Below are positions 37,581-54,171 of a DNA stretch of 64,000 nucleotides, piece after piece (position 1 is the stretch's first letter; every line of letters begins with the position of its first letter). The stretch spans positions 67,146,001 through 67,210,000 of the forward strand of contig OX597819.1 in assembly GCA_951406725.2 (NCBI GenBank), in the 5' to 3' direction. The notes under the pieces are model-generated. The model made no database searches, was not told where the DNA came from, and was given only the letters and a program-made list of their open reading frames with translations. Source of the stretch: Octopus vulgaris (lineage: Eukaryota). A program made the translations under genes and the position numbers.

Positions 37581-38562
37581 GGTTGTTTCTAGCGTCAACT
37601 CATTGAGAAGCTGATGGAACTTTGGTCAGAAATTGTAAGCATTGAAGGACAATATATATCTGATAAACTTGTTGAAAATGCCGATGAAAATAAGAAATCA
37701 TATAAGCAGAAAATAAACGAACGAGTGTATCTGACATTCCAACATTTTATATGTATATACAACCGATTCTTCTTGTATAACGTCCTGAAATATAGGAACA
37801 ACACATATGCATATTTGACATATGTCCATAACCATAGAAGGAACACAAACATACAGTTAAATCGACAAAATCTGCATGATTGGTGAATATAGGTTTCGGC
37901 ACCTATGACATATATCCGTCACAAGTGTGATGAAAAAAGTGCGGAAACAGTCAGTTTATCGACTACATTTCCTAGACTGTTAAGTAGTTTTCTCTCAATT
38001 GCTATAGTAAAAGAAATGTGAATTCTAACACTTGGTCACATTCGAACTCCGAAAGAGAAATACGGTAACGTATCAAATCAAATGTTATCCTACCGATTCC
38101 ACACTACAAACAATTATTCTAAGCAATATGAGATAACAACGGTAAGAATATGTACTAACAAATTACGACATCGTAAATGGACGACAAGGGGAACGACGCA
38201 ACGACAGACTGCTAATGCACCCCATTACGGCAACAAGCTTTTACACTTTCACCTAAAATTCAAAGAGAGAATTACTAATAACAGGCGAGGTTTTCTAGCA
38301 ACAACTGATAATCATGCTATATAGTAAATATATTAGCTAACTGTGAATTATATACCATTATAGGAATCGATGATTTCTTTTAGGTTTCGATTAGCTTATA
38401 GATATGGAGTATGTCTAGCTATTTGATTGTGTCTACACACTTACACACTTAATCTCTCTCTCACTCACATACACACACATGCACGCACACGTACACACAT
38501 ACTCCTACACATAAAACCACAAAGAAGACACTGGCACAGACACATACACATATATATATGGA

Positions 38563-38619
<57 letters not shown>

Positions 38620-38663
38620 TATGTATATATATGTACACACATATAAAAATAATTATATGTACA

Positions 38664-38767
<104 letters not shown>

Positions 38768-39104
38768 TGCATGTATGTATGTATGTATGTATGTATATAT
38801 ATGTACGTATATGCAAGCACACACATACACCCACGTTTTACATATGACTATGCTTGTGTGTATGACTTCAGATAGAAATGTATAATCGTAGAAGCAGAGC
38901 TCTGTAGGTATTTTCTTTTATTGAAGCCATCGTATTCAATGTTCATAGCATAATGTTATATATTTAATGAAATTTCCCTTGTGTCTGTTTATGTGAATTC
39001 GTAGTGTGTAATTATGTGTGTGTGTAGTTCTATGGATTTGCGTGTCTCTGGTTCCAAGCAACTGAGTGTTATGCTAATAAATAAAGATATTTCACTGTTA
39101 CAAG

Positions 39105-39161
<57 letters not shown>

Positions 39162-39249
39162 ACCATTCATATATAAAAAATCTAGCAAACATAGGTCCAC
39201 ATACACACAAGGAAACAATCACATAAATGTATGGATTTATACACATGAG

Positions 39250-39333
<84 letters not shown>

Positions 39334-39416
39334 TATATATATATACATATATAATATGCATACATGTGGATATATACACACATATCTTCACATATATATG
39401 TATCTATATCTAGTTG

Positions 39417-39449
<33 letters not shown>

Positions 39450-42330
39450 GTATATATATTTATGTGTGTGTGTATGTGTGTGTGTGCGTGTGTGTGTGTA
39501 TGTGTGTGTGTGCGTGTGTGTGTGTACGTGAGTATCATCACGATCTTGTTTGTGTGTTAGAGAATTTAGATACATGATTTTTTTTCTACAAGCGATGTTG
39601 TCAGTGGTGATGATTTAGCAGTGAATGAAAACGGAGATAATTTATAGTAGATAGAAAGACATGGAAAACCACAATTTAGACTGGTTAATACCAGTATACG
39701 TGTCTGTGAGGGGGCAAACGGGGCAGCAGATTAGAAACCATTTTTGTTTTTGCATTCCTCACAACAATCCAATCAGCGGATTAATGTATAATATTTGCTT
39801 AGCTGAAATTCGCTTTGATCAAAATGTTTGGATGTTGAGAAATTGATGTTTAGGAGACCAGCGTAAATGGAACTGCCCTCAAATTACACACCCAGCGGTA
39901 TAAAACCACACAAAGCATTATCAATATGGTCTATTTGCTTTTATAGCCATCACTGTCATCAACGGTATGAATACGGTTTGGCAGGAAAAAGGTGTTTATG
40001 TCTATAGTGGCGTTATGACGTACGTAGCCAGCCATTTTAGTGCTTCGTTACACAATTGCACAGAAACAGCCGCCATTTGTTTTCCTTTTGTTCTTGTGAT
40101 TTTTCGATTTTATGATTTTTCTTTTGTTTTCTTTTCCGTGTATGTTTGTTTATATAATAATGACAATTGCGTTAACATGATCGCAAGCACCTCCCCACTA
40201 CACAAGTACATGCACACACGGAACATAAGTGTATATGTGTGTGTGTGCATATATATATATATATATGCGTGTGTGTGTCTGTGTGTGTATGTATGTTTAT
40301 ATAATTAAGTATATATAATATATATTTAGTTTAAGTACTAGATATGCTGACATCTTCCTGACTCACCCGTCATCTTTCACACAAAATACACACGCGTGTG
40401 TGTGTAAGTGCGCGTTTGAATTAATTCTTATATATATTATATATATATATATATATAAATATATATATAGAGAGAGAGAGATGGATAGATAGATACATAG
40501 ATAGATATATAGGTACATACATACATACATACATACATACATACATACATACATACATACATACATGCATACATACATACTTACATATATATATATATAT
40601 GAATATGAGTTTCAGTGGAGATTATAGCTACTGTCGACAACAGATATCGACTACAAATTGTTCTCCCTGTTGTAACGTTACACACCTTTTATTGATTTCA
40701 AAAAATAAACGTTGGTTCCTAGAAGACTATTGTATCAAAATTAGTTTAACCTAGTACATAGTACAAATCTAATGAAATTTTTATAAATGTAAAGTGGTGA
40801 CAAAAGTATGAAACATACCTGGAAACATTGCGCGTCTAGCATTTATTTAGAATCAACCGATGTCACTCCATTTTGAAATTATAGGATTGTTCTTTCAAGC
40901 ACCTTATAATTCGATAATACCATTGAACCTGATAGACTGAAACTGAAGTTTGACCCAGTCAAAATTTGAACTCAAATAGATGGAACACAAAAGAACTCCA
41001 TTTAGTCTATTGCACTAACGTTTATGCTAATTCGCATAATACACGGCCTCGCACAGACATACACGCGCGAAAGCACACACGCACAAACGTACATACACGC
41101 ACACACATACACTCAGAAACACACACGTTTTTACATAAATATCAGTGTAAGAGTCTCTCAGCATATACATACATACATACATATATGTATATATACATCC
41201 ACTCAATGCGGTTCACCTACCCTTACTGGAAACTGGAAAAATAGACTTTCGGAAATATCTGTTTGAATTTCCTCATTTTTCGCGGGATTTTCTACCCATT
41301 GCAAGACAATGAAAGTCAGCTATTTGAAAACAAATATTTTTTTTAAATCCATGTTTTTTAAATGTTGGTGTTTCCAAACAACATAAACGCACTCATCAGG
41401 ACAACAACAACTACAAAAATGTTTTTTTTTTTTTTTTTAATTTTTTTTTTTTACTTTTTCATTTTTCTTTCTCATTTTATCATATTCTTCATTCTGAAAC
41501 ATTTGTAACTAGCATAAAAAGAAAAAAATGTTACCACCCTCTTCCTTCCGTCATTCATTTCAGAATGAAGGAAAAGTCGAACACCGTAACTCTATGTGTG
41601 AAACACGAAATTTTAATTTTAAAAATTATATTTTTAAAGCGAAATTTTCAGTCATTTATTTAAACTTTGGCTGCTAACACATCAAATTCAATTATTTGAA
41701 ATAGATGGGTTTTGAAATTAAATTTGCTCATTTTCTAAGATTTTAATTCTTGCGTATAAAGGGCCTACCGAACTTGACGTGCCCCTCCACATCATTCTAT
41801 CTTTAATCGATCTACCCTGAAACTATCTTATTCTACCTCACACAACTTCGAATCTATTGTAGCAGTCTCTAATAAGCAAAAGCTTTCTCTTTACTATCAA
41901 AACTCACATAACTACAACTCTAGTCATACGAACACTCGACACACACACAGCAGATACCCTTACATTAGACCACAACCACAACCACAACCCAATCAATCCT
42001 ACTGACTCTACCCCGAACACCACCACAATCTCTACCACCCTTACCACTAGTACAAATGACAACAATAGTAATAATAGCAATGATGGTAATGATAACGTTA
42101 ATAATACTAATAATATAGAATCTTCAACCCCATTCTCTAACCACTCCTCTGGCTATATTACCTCCTCTATTCCTGAACACAGTCCCCAAAATTCATGTAA
42201 TTGTAGTACATATTGAAGTACAACTCTCCAGCACTGCTAAATAAACGTAATGTGGCACTAAGTATATGCAACTATCGCTTTTTTCACACATTCAAAATCT
42301 ACCACAAATCCAAATGCCTAAACGAACATA

Positions 42331-43598
42331 CGAGGGGCGTTCAATAAGTAATGCCCCTGACCCACTTCCCATAGCAGTAGAGCAACGACACTTGGCACAG
42401 TTATTAGTCTTTTACTACATAGGAACTACCCAGAGTTATGCATTTCTCCCATCGTTTGATACAGCTCTGGAGACCGTTTTTGTAGAAGACCCCAGCTTGG
42501 TCCTCCAGCCACGATGTGACTTCAGAAATCAAGGCTGCATCATCTGGGAAACGCTTTCCTTTCAAAATCAACTTCATGGCTGGGAAGAGGTGAAAATCAA
42601 GGATGCAAGGGGAGGAGTTCATAGCTGCACGCCTGTGCTTCTGATCTGGCGACACGCGAGTTGTGGACCGGAGCGTTGTCCTGCAGGAGGAGGATGCCTT
42701 TGCTGATCTTGCCCCGCCTCTTGATTTTGATAGCTTCTCTTAATTTCCTCAGAAGTGAAGCATAATAGGCTCCTGTAATTGTGGTACCCTTTGCCAGGAA
42801 ATCTGTCATCACTACTCCGTCCTGGTCCCAGAAGACTGTGAGCATAACCTTGTCAGCGGAGGGCTGCACCCTTGCCTTCTTTGGAGGAGGTGAGTCACGG
42901 TGCTTCCACTGCATTGACTGGGCTTTGGTCTATGGATTATAGTGATGGACCCAGGTTTTATCCTGTGTGATCAGTCTTTTGAAAAATTTTGACTCATCTT
43001 CTTGGCACATCTCCAAAGTCATCCTCGAGCACTCAACGCGTTCTTGCTTCTGGAAAGGTGTGAGCAACCTGGAAATCCATCTGGCAGACACCTTTTGCAT
43101 ATGCAAATGGTCATGAATGATAGTTTCCACAGACCCGGTACTAATCTTGACCGTATGGGCTATTTGGCGAATAGTTATGCGTTGACCTTCCAAAATGGCA
43201 GCCTCAACTTGACGGACAGATGCCTCATCAATGGCAGAAGGGGCGACCAGATCTGGGAGCTGTTTCCACAGAGTTCCGACCATGTTTGAATTCACGATGC
43301 CAGCGTTTTACAAGGTCATATGATGGGGCATCATCACCATGAGTTACTTTCATTTCATCAAAAGTCTCCCGTGGTGTGCGTCCTTTTAAATACAAAAACC
43401 AGATCACTGCTCGACACTCAACAGGCTCCATTTCACACTTGACTCAGTTCAAACACCTGTAAATCAGAAACCACAATTAATTCAGAGCTGTAATTCGCCA
43501 CTTAATCTATAGAGGTATAAATAAGTGGACATGCAAAATTTCAGCTAGATCAAACAATTGCAAGTGTGTCAGGGGCATTACTTATTGAACGCCCCTCG
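42331..43598 (-). mobile_element. Full-length mariner (DD34D type, irritans-like TIR), inactive
   Basis: Perfect 31-bp TIRs cgaggggcgttcaataagtaatgcccctgac, TA duplication at 42329-42330 and 43599-43600, length 1268 bp. Confidence 0.96.
42404..43431 (-). pseudogene. Mariner transposase pseudogene
   Basis: Pieces MEPVECRAVI..RSGRP / KVSARWISRLL..ITQDKTWVHHY / VMLTVFWDQDG..LLQDNAPVH / DFHLFP..RWEKCI..SYV. One stop, frameshifts, and the YSPD motif deleted. Confidence 0.93.
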
Positions 43599-43797
43599 TA
43601 TAGTAATCCTAATAACCTCATAAATCTGCATTTTAACTCTTAATCCCAATCTAATTGCTCACTCATACTCGAATATCACAACCATCTAATTATATTCGTG
43701 TGTATAAGCGTGCATGCATATGTACGTGTATATGTATGTGTGTATATGTGTGTATGTATATGTGTATGTATCAATATATGTATGTATGCAAGGTAGG

Positions 43798-45595
43798 GGA
43801 TCTTTTCAATATGGTGGCCAGGACCGCAGATCTTTCTAGTTAACTAAATAATTTGAAACTTCGTGTACTCGTAGAGTGTCTCAAAACAAGACACGAGATG
43901 GAACTAGTTTATTTGAGAAAAATCTATTTTATGACTTTAATCGTAGATTAAAACTGCGAATTTTAGCCGATCGTATTGTCTGTATTTATGTGAACTTATT
44001 ATCTGCGTAGTGTTAAATGTGACGTGGAAAGCAATTTGTCAAAATGTAAACATTGGCTCATTGCGTAATCGTACACATTTTTTCAGTTCCCTAGAATTAT
44101 ATTTGAAACAAAATAAAAAGAAAAAGATTCATACGCATAAATATCCATCCTTAGACATCAGAAAGATTAGAAATGCAACAAAAATTTAAAATACCGGATT
44201 TTTACCTTTTGAACTTCGTGGAGTATATATAAAATTTGTGTAGATCCTGAGTATATATAAAATGAGTGTTTAAATTATTTTCCATTTTTTGCATTGTATA
44301 CAAACATATGCATATATATATATATACACCTATACACACATATTCTAATGCATATGCATATATGTGTATATATTTATAATGTGTGTGTATTATAGATGCA
44401 TGAATTATATATATTTATAAAAGATGTTTACATACAATATATATATATGTTATATACATCTACATGTATATGTATGTATGAATATATAAGTACCACAGAA
44501 TTTGAATCAAACTGTTTTGATCCATACATACATACACACACACACATGCATACACACACATACATACATACATAGATACATACACACACACACACATACA
44601 TACAGATACACATACACCGAGTATTCACTCGAAAAAACTAAACACTGAATCGGCCATACATACATGTGTGGCATACACCCACCCACATACATACACACAC
44701 ACACACACACACATAGATACACACACACACATACATACACACACGTACATACATAGATACATACACACACACACATACATACAGATACACATACACCGAG
44801 TATTCACTCGAAAAAACTAAACACTGAATCGGCCATACATACATGTGTGACATACACCCACCCACATACATACACACACACACATAGATACACACACACA
44901 TACATACACACACATACATACATAGATACATACACACACACACACATACATACAGATACACATACACCGAGTATTCACTCGAAAAAACTAAACACTGAAT
45001 CGGCCATACATACATGTGTGACATACACACACATACATACACACACACACACACATAGATACACACACACACACACATACATACACACACATACATACAT
45101 AGATACATACACACACACATACATACAGATACTCATACACCGAGTATTCACTCGAAAAAACTAAACACCGAATCGGCCATACATACATACATACATACAT
45201 ATACATACACACACACACATACACACACACACATACATAGATACATACACACATACATACATACATTCATACATACATACATTCATACATATACACATAC
45301 ACCGAGTAAAAAATTTCATCGTTATAGTTTTGTTTACATTTCAGATACCATATGTTTAATACGTCACCAAATTGGTGGTCGAGACGGAGTAAATAATATG
45401 AAGCCGAATGACGGAATACCATTGGTTAAAATTCTAATTATTAAACAATGTTAAACTTAGAAGTTACAATTCCGTTTTCATTCTGGTTTACAATTAAATT
45501 TACTTTTGACACATTCTACCAGTATACGAAGTTTCAAATTGTTTTGTTCAGTAGGAAAAATTTGAAAAAAACTGGCCTCACGAATGAAAAGATCC
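43798..45595. mobile_element. Non-autonomous DNA transposon, Merlin-like (GG termini, 8-bp TSD)
   Basis: Diverged ~90-bp TIRs starting ggatcttttca (43798-43886 and 45504-45595). Exact flanking direct repeat aaggtagg at 43790-43797 and 45596-45603. Confidence 0.75.
44520..45307. repeat. ~175-bp tandem repeat x4 (fixed anchor plus CA/CATA microsatellite)
   Basis: Anchor accgagtattcactcgaaaaaactaaacactgaatcggccatac at 44616, 44795, 44966 and 45139. Confidence 0.93.
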
Positions 45596-45760
45596 AAGGT
45601 AGGTATACCTACGTATACAGGGGCGATAATGCATACAGATACACGTATATATGGGTGTGCATGTGTATATATACACATGAGTACGAGTATATGTAGATAT
45701 TGATGTGTAAATATATATATATATATACACATGTCTAATGCATACATTTGTATACATCTT

Positions 45761-45858
<98 letters not shown>

Positions 45859-45864
45859 TATATA

Positions 45865-46620
45865 TTCTACTAGTAAGCACCGATCTGTCCAACCACCTAA
45901 TCAATATTCCTAAATTCTTCATCCCGCCCCATTACTTAGACTCTATCACTTCATAACTGACACTCCTTTACTTTTATACATCTATCTCTATCACCCACGT
46001 TCCTTCTATCTTTTTACACTCTAATACCTTTCTATGTCTATCACCCTCATCTCCACATTCCTACTTTCAAATTAACTTGACTGACCACTAACTGGTACGC
46101 TTTCCCTTATAATCTCTCTCCTTGTTTTTTCTTTTTTCTTTCTTTTCTTTATTCATATCTTCCTGTTTTTTTCTATTTTCTTCTCTTTTCTTTTTTCGTT
46201 CTCTTTTCTTTATTCCTCCCTTCCTGTTTTCGATTTGACCTTACAAATACATTCCCTACTTGTAGGTCACTTTAAATAAAACCTTTGATTCAATAGCACT
46301 GTGTACAAACTTTATACTTGGAATGACTAATTTAGATACTATTAGATTTTACTCACAAGGTATTGCAATATTATATGTATACCATTCGGCCTACATAATG
46401 GATCTACAAATGCAATATCCCTGCATATCTCACTTTTAATTCCTCCACTTCACTCTCTATTTCGTAGCTTATCTAAATTAACTATTGCTTAACCAATTTT
46501 CTCACACCGTCTCTGATGAAGGGACATAATAAATATTCTGGAAACATCTGTAAGACCTATTTATAAATGTTCTAAAATCTTCACAGCCGTGGTTTTTTAT
46601 CACATTCTGAAAAAACTTTT
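45865..46620 (+). mobile_element. Putative PLE 3' region/pLTR carrying a hammerhead
   Basis: Pyrimidine-rich block bounded by (TA)n at both ends, with the hammerhead near its 3' end. Confidence 0.6.
46509..46556 (+). ncRNA. Type I hammerhead ribozyme (minimal)
   Basis: gtct CTGATGA agggacataataaatattctg GAAAC ATCT GTA agac. Stem I gtct/agac, GUA triplet, stem III one change from the palindrome ACAGCTGT. Confidence 0.75.
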
Positions 46621-47258
46621 ATATATATATACCAAGAATGTTATTTATAGGTGGGGTTTGGAATTTTTCACTTGTGTCAAACGTCTAAACGCAGCTCATC
46701 CGTTTGATGATGCTACTACGCAACTTAGCTCAATTAGAAATGCAATGAATATCAAATGCCTGGAGTGAGTTTTGAAATTATTTGTAACTGAACTGACTGC
46801 ATTCTACATGTATGTATGTGTATTTGTGTGCTCATGTATAGATGTATATATATGTACTTGCATATGATGTGTTGATAGGTATGTTTTGTTAACATTATTA
46901 TTAACATTAAATCTAATATTTACTAGGCAATTGTAATAATGAAGGTTACTTCAAAAAGTATATTCTGGAATACAATAATATGCATTCACAACAATGCATT
47001 TATAAAATGAGGTATCATTGACTTCACAAAGAAATATTGGTCTCGAAGTCTTTGGCCGCAGATATGATACTGCTGTTTGACCAGGTGAACATATATAAAT
47101 TGGTGTTCAAAGAATGTACTTTCAAATATTCGTTTGTGCGCCTATATGTATACACATACGTGAGCCTGCATACACCTGCCCAACTACGCTTTTTAGTGTA
47201 TCTTTCACTAGGTGTGCATATATAAAATATATATATGCATGTTTTTATATATCTATAT

Positions 47259-47295
<37 letters not shown>

Positions 47296-47569
47296 TTTAT
47301 AATACATATTTAAATTATATATACATATATATATATATAATATATATATATATACACACACATATACATATGTATGTATATATATATGTGTACATACGTA
47401 GTTTATGCCTTTCTTCCTATGTTAGACACCATGTAATTATCTCTGTATCAAAGGCGCCCTTCAAAAATTTAATAATATCGACAGTTTTCCATTTATCTTC
47501 AACTCCCTCTGTCATATACATGTATATATTTTAATGAATATTGTTTTATTTCCATGTGCCTTAACGTTC

Positions 47570-47623
<54 letters not shown>

Positions 47624-47745
47624 ATAATGTTTGGATTCGCTGTGCACACCTTAATATATATTTCCATGCAGCCATGTTTCTCACTCTATATCTACATGTC
47701 TTTCTCTATCTTTCTCTCTTTCTCTCTCTCTCTCTTTCTCTCTCT

Positions 47746-47782
<37 letters not shown>

Positions 47783-47928
47783 CTCCCCATATGTGTGTGT
47801 ATGTGTGTATGTGCATCTGTGTATTCTGTGCACGTAAGAGAACCCTCACCAATCCATCTATGAATATCTACATTTATCTGTTTCTCTATCGCGGTAGCTA
47901 GCTATCTTTCAGTCTCCATATGATATGA

Positions 47929-48003
<75 letters not shown>

Positions 48004-48014
48004 ATATATGTATG

Positions 48015-48048
<34 letters not shown>

Positions 48049-48289
48049 TGTATGTATGTATGTATGTATGTATGTATGTGTATGTATGTATCTATGCATG
48101 TATTTGTTTTCGAGTATATCCTTTGATTTATTTCTATGCGTCTTATCGTTGGCATTACTTTATATATTAATATATCTTCCATTATCCATATCTACGTGTA
48201 TACCCTCTTCTATCCAGTACCCTACTCTTTCTCCTGCACATTCGCATACACACAAACACCTAGACACTTGCACAAATACTCACACACAC

Positions 48290-48326
<37 letters not shown>

Positions 48327-49938
48327 TACGTATGCATATGTGCACTTACGTAAATATGTGTATGCATATATGTGTATGTATCCATATTCATATGTATATA
48401 TGTTCTTATATATAATTATATATATGCATACATATATATTTATATATATATATATACATACATCCATGCGCAAACACGCATATATATACATATATATACA
48501 TATATATACATACATATATTGAGAGAGAGGGAGAGAGGAGAGGGAGAGAGGCGATTATATTTCAATCTATGCAACAATATATCTGTATATTCTTAACGTT
48601 TAACCAGAAAGCCATTAGACCAGTTATTGGAGTTTGCCATTCGCTTCAGCATTTATTGTCAAACGCATTAAATTGTTCGCTACAACGATCTTAGAAACCA
48701 TAACTCGCTGATATTGCATTAAATCTGAAGTGACTTTTTCGTTTTGCATTTCATGTATTTTTTTTTTTTTTTTTTCTTCTCATTTTTCTCGTTTTAGCAA
48801 GCATTGTGTTTTTATTTAATCAAGACGCGTTTAAATTCCGATTATCTTTTCTCTGTGGGGATGTATTTTACAGCAACGTGAAAGTACGTTTTACAATATA
48901 TAAGATTACCTTCTCCAATATAAGGAACCTTTTGAAATCCTATTGAAGAATCTACAATGCACCTATTCTCCAAGCTTCGCCATAATATATGCGCTGTTCT
49001 TTTGTTTTAGTTCTTTTTGAAGTTTTCATCAAAAATTCCTTCCGTGTATTTGTATTTGTTTTCATATTCACTTCTATTTCGTTGTAGTTATTGATTTATT
49101 TTTCTTATTTGTCTTCGTGTCATTATTTATTATAATTGTTTTATATTTTCTGTCCTTTTTTGTTGTTGTTGTTGTTGTTGTTTATGTATTCATTCTTTGT
49201 TAATATTCTATGTTCAAACTGCTTATTCTCTTGCTGATTTGACTTTATAATAACGAATATATATGATACACAACAACCAATGAAATTATTGGTTAAATTG
49301 TGAGCAAGAATCTCATTCTGCAGCTCTCGCTCTCTCTCGCTCTCTCTCTCTCTCTTCCTTTCTCTCCCTTTTTTCTCCCAATTTCTTTCACCCTCTCTTT
49401 CCTCTTTTCATTTCCCTTATGCTATTTCTATATCACTCTAACTTTCCCCTCACTACCACTCCGTGAAAAATAATTATTTATGTATTCAGGTTTAGGAATT
49501 CGAATTACTTATATATCTTTCTGTGCTTATTCAGCAATTATGGAAAACAGAAGTCTTATCCAGATACGAAGTCTTCAACAAATTAACTAGTTAATAACGA
49601 AGAGAGACAGCAATAACACTTAAATGATTACATGTTAAGTTGCATGTATATCTACATACAAATTGGTGTAGGTTTGTACGTGTGGGAGTATTTCGAATGT
49701 ATGTGAACATGAGTAATTTTGGTGAACGTCTGTTGAAGGTCGGTGAACATGAGCAATTTTGTTGAACTTCTGGAAACAGAGAGGACAGTGAGGAGATTTA
49801 CGAATAAGCCCTTCATTCAAAAGTGTATGCAGGAACTCCAATCAGGTACGGTAGTTACTTCATGCAGGTTGACTACAAAGATAATGGCACATGTTGGCAC
49901 GCGTGGTGATTAAAATTAATTTCGTTAAGTTTATCTCT

Positions 49939-50490
<552 letters not shown>

Positions 50491-50791
50491 ACAAAGACAT
50501 TGCATAGAAATTATAGCCATAACAGCTTTTCTGTGACGTGTCTCCTAGTATACATGTTGCAGATTGTGCAATATCTCTCTCTCCCTCCTTCTCTCTCTCT
50601 CTCTCTATCTGACTATCTCTCTCTATATATGTATATCTCGCCATATCTCTTTCCATTTTCCAAGTGTTAGGCCCTGCATTATCACGAATCAAATTTGGGC
50701 CATTTCTGTTCACTAATCTGGGTTGCTTCCTTTTTTAATTTTTCATGCATACAATCAATTTCCTTACAATAGGATATTTCTATTACAGTTT

Positions 50792-50838
<47 letters not shown>

Positions 50839-50844
<6 letters not shown>

Positions 50845-50985
50845 CTGTAAACGTAATATGTGACAATTATTCGGTAGCCATGACTAAATTCCGAGTTTCG
50901 GATGCCGAGGTCGAAATCCACGCCGCCATCTTTTCAGTTATCAGGCCATCGGAAAAATTGTCACATATTACATTTTCAGATAAAT
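50839..50985. repeat. 147-bp hairpin module with 36-bp inverted ends, within (TA)n
   Basis: atttatctgtaaacgtaatatgtgacaattattcgg versus the reverse complement atttatctgaaaatgtaatatgtgacaatttttccg. Confidence 0.8.
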
Positions 50986-51040
50986 TCCTCAACATAATAT
51001 CGAGGTCTCTTTCATTCTTTTGTTGTCTTACCATTTTTAT

Positions 51041-51155
<115 letters not shown>

Positions 51156-51245
51156 TAGATATATATATATATATATATATAGGTGTGTCAACATATATAT
51201 ACATTGAAAAACATAAATAAATATGTAAACACACACACACTCTCT

Positions 51246-51299
<54 letters not shown>

Positions 51300-51377
51300 T
51301 GTAAATATTAATATGCAAGAATGTATATGTACTTAAATGTGCGTATTGGATTGAATATACTTAAATATACATATATG

Positions 51378-51414
<37 letters not shown>

Positions 51415-51416
51415 CA

Positions 51417-51448
<32 letters not shown>

Positions 51449-51512
51449 CTCATACCCACACGAACTCTCACGTACATGTATGTGTGCGTGTGTGTGTTTG
51501 TGTATGCATTTC

Positions 51513-51568
<56 letters not shown>

Positions 51569-52062
51569 GTGTATAAATTTCGATGTAAATATTTACCATC
51601 GTATTCAATGATTCATGTTAATACATAGATATATATAGAGTAACAGAAATCTTTTGTGCGGTATGTATTTCATCGTAGGTTGATAATAATCTTACATATT
51701 CCATTTTCTATGCCATAATTATATTTTCGCGGATGTCAGTAATGATATGTTTCTTGATGTATTCTTAGAATGAGCATCAACGCACATTACGATATGATAC
51801 GCATTGCAGTTTCATTTTTAAATCTATTATTTCAGTGGAAATGTATCATTACAGCACATATATGCACACAATCATGCAAAGAAACACAAATAAACAATTG
51901 TATGTACATCAATATCTCAGGCTAACTTTCTGGTTAACTTTCGGTTTATCTATCTATCTGTCTGTCTATCTATCTAACTATCTCTATCTATCTCTGCATG
52001 TATATATATACCTATATATATATATAAATATATAGCCATATTGAAATGGCAAATATGTGTCA

Positions 52063-52127
<65 letters not shown>

Positions 52128-52159
52128 TATATATATATATATATATATATGCATATATA

Positions 52160-53245
<1,086 letters not shown>

Positions 53246-53701
53246 TTATGTATTTATATATATATATATATATATATGTCCATGTATATAAATTTTCGCT
53301 TTGATTTTCATTTATATGTTGCTGCCCAAATGTTGACTCTCTTCGTTGACTCTTCGTTATACAAACACACAAGTACACATACGCATGCGTTCATCGAATA
53401 TTCGTTTGCATCCATTACGGTCTGCTTACTTTGGCGAAATACATTTACCAACATTATGGTGAATTTCTGAGCCCCTAGGAACGCCAGTTGAACTTATAAC
53501 ACCATAATTCCTCCCCTTTATTGTCCTCCGTTGATTTTTACTGTTTAAGTTTAAACCATTATTATGTAAATATATATTATATTTATACTTATTTATTCCT
53601 CGCATGAAAACCTTCGGTCTTTGCTTTTTATTTTTGTTTGCATCTACAGACAGACCCAAACACACAATACACACACGCACATACACATAGATCGATCGAT
53701 C

Positions 53702-53702
<1 letters not shown>

Positions 53703-53776
<74 letters not shown>
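53703..53776. repeat. (GATA)n microsatellite
   Basis: Directly visible. Confidence 0.95.
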
Positions 53777-54171
53777 TGATACATTATAGCAATCCAAGCT
53801 ATTATATTTCATTTATTCATCCGCATAATTGCGTCTATATATATACATGCATTTTTATATGTTTATACGTATGTACATGCCAGAAACTCCAGTCAAATAC
53901 GACATATTAATGTCTAGCAAGAATCGAACACACACAAATAGAAAGCTGTAGCAAGAAACAAATAGAGAATCAACAACGGACTGCTACTATTATTGCTCCT
54001 ATTCAACAACGTTTACAATTCAGGAACTTCACCTCGTGACTCATTATTCGATTCCTTTGGACACCAATCGATTCAGAAATACGATCCAAAACACTACTGG
54101 AACGACTTACCTGATTTGAACCAGTATGGAAAGGGGCATTATCTATTAAACCAACACGTGACCCAGCCGAA

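Noticed and set aside
41367-41405. Other isolated CTGATGA hits (41393 minus, 35359 minus, 11087 plus, 33978 plus)
   Set aside because: No supporting stems. Such heptamers are expected by chance.
44616-45185. CRISPR-like look: hairpin repeat with regular spacing
   Set aside because: The spacers are near-identical CA microsatellites about 130 bp long, there are no cas genes, and the context is eukaryotic.
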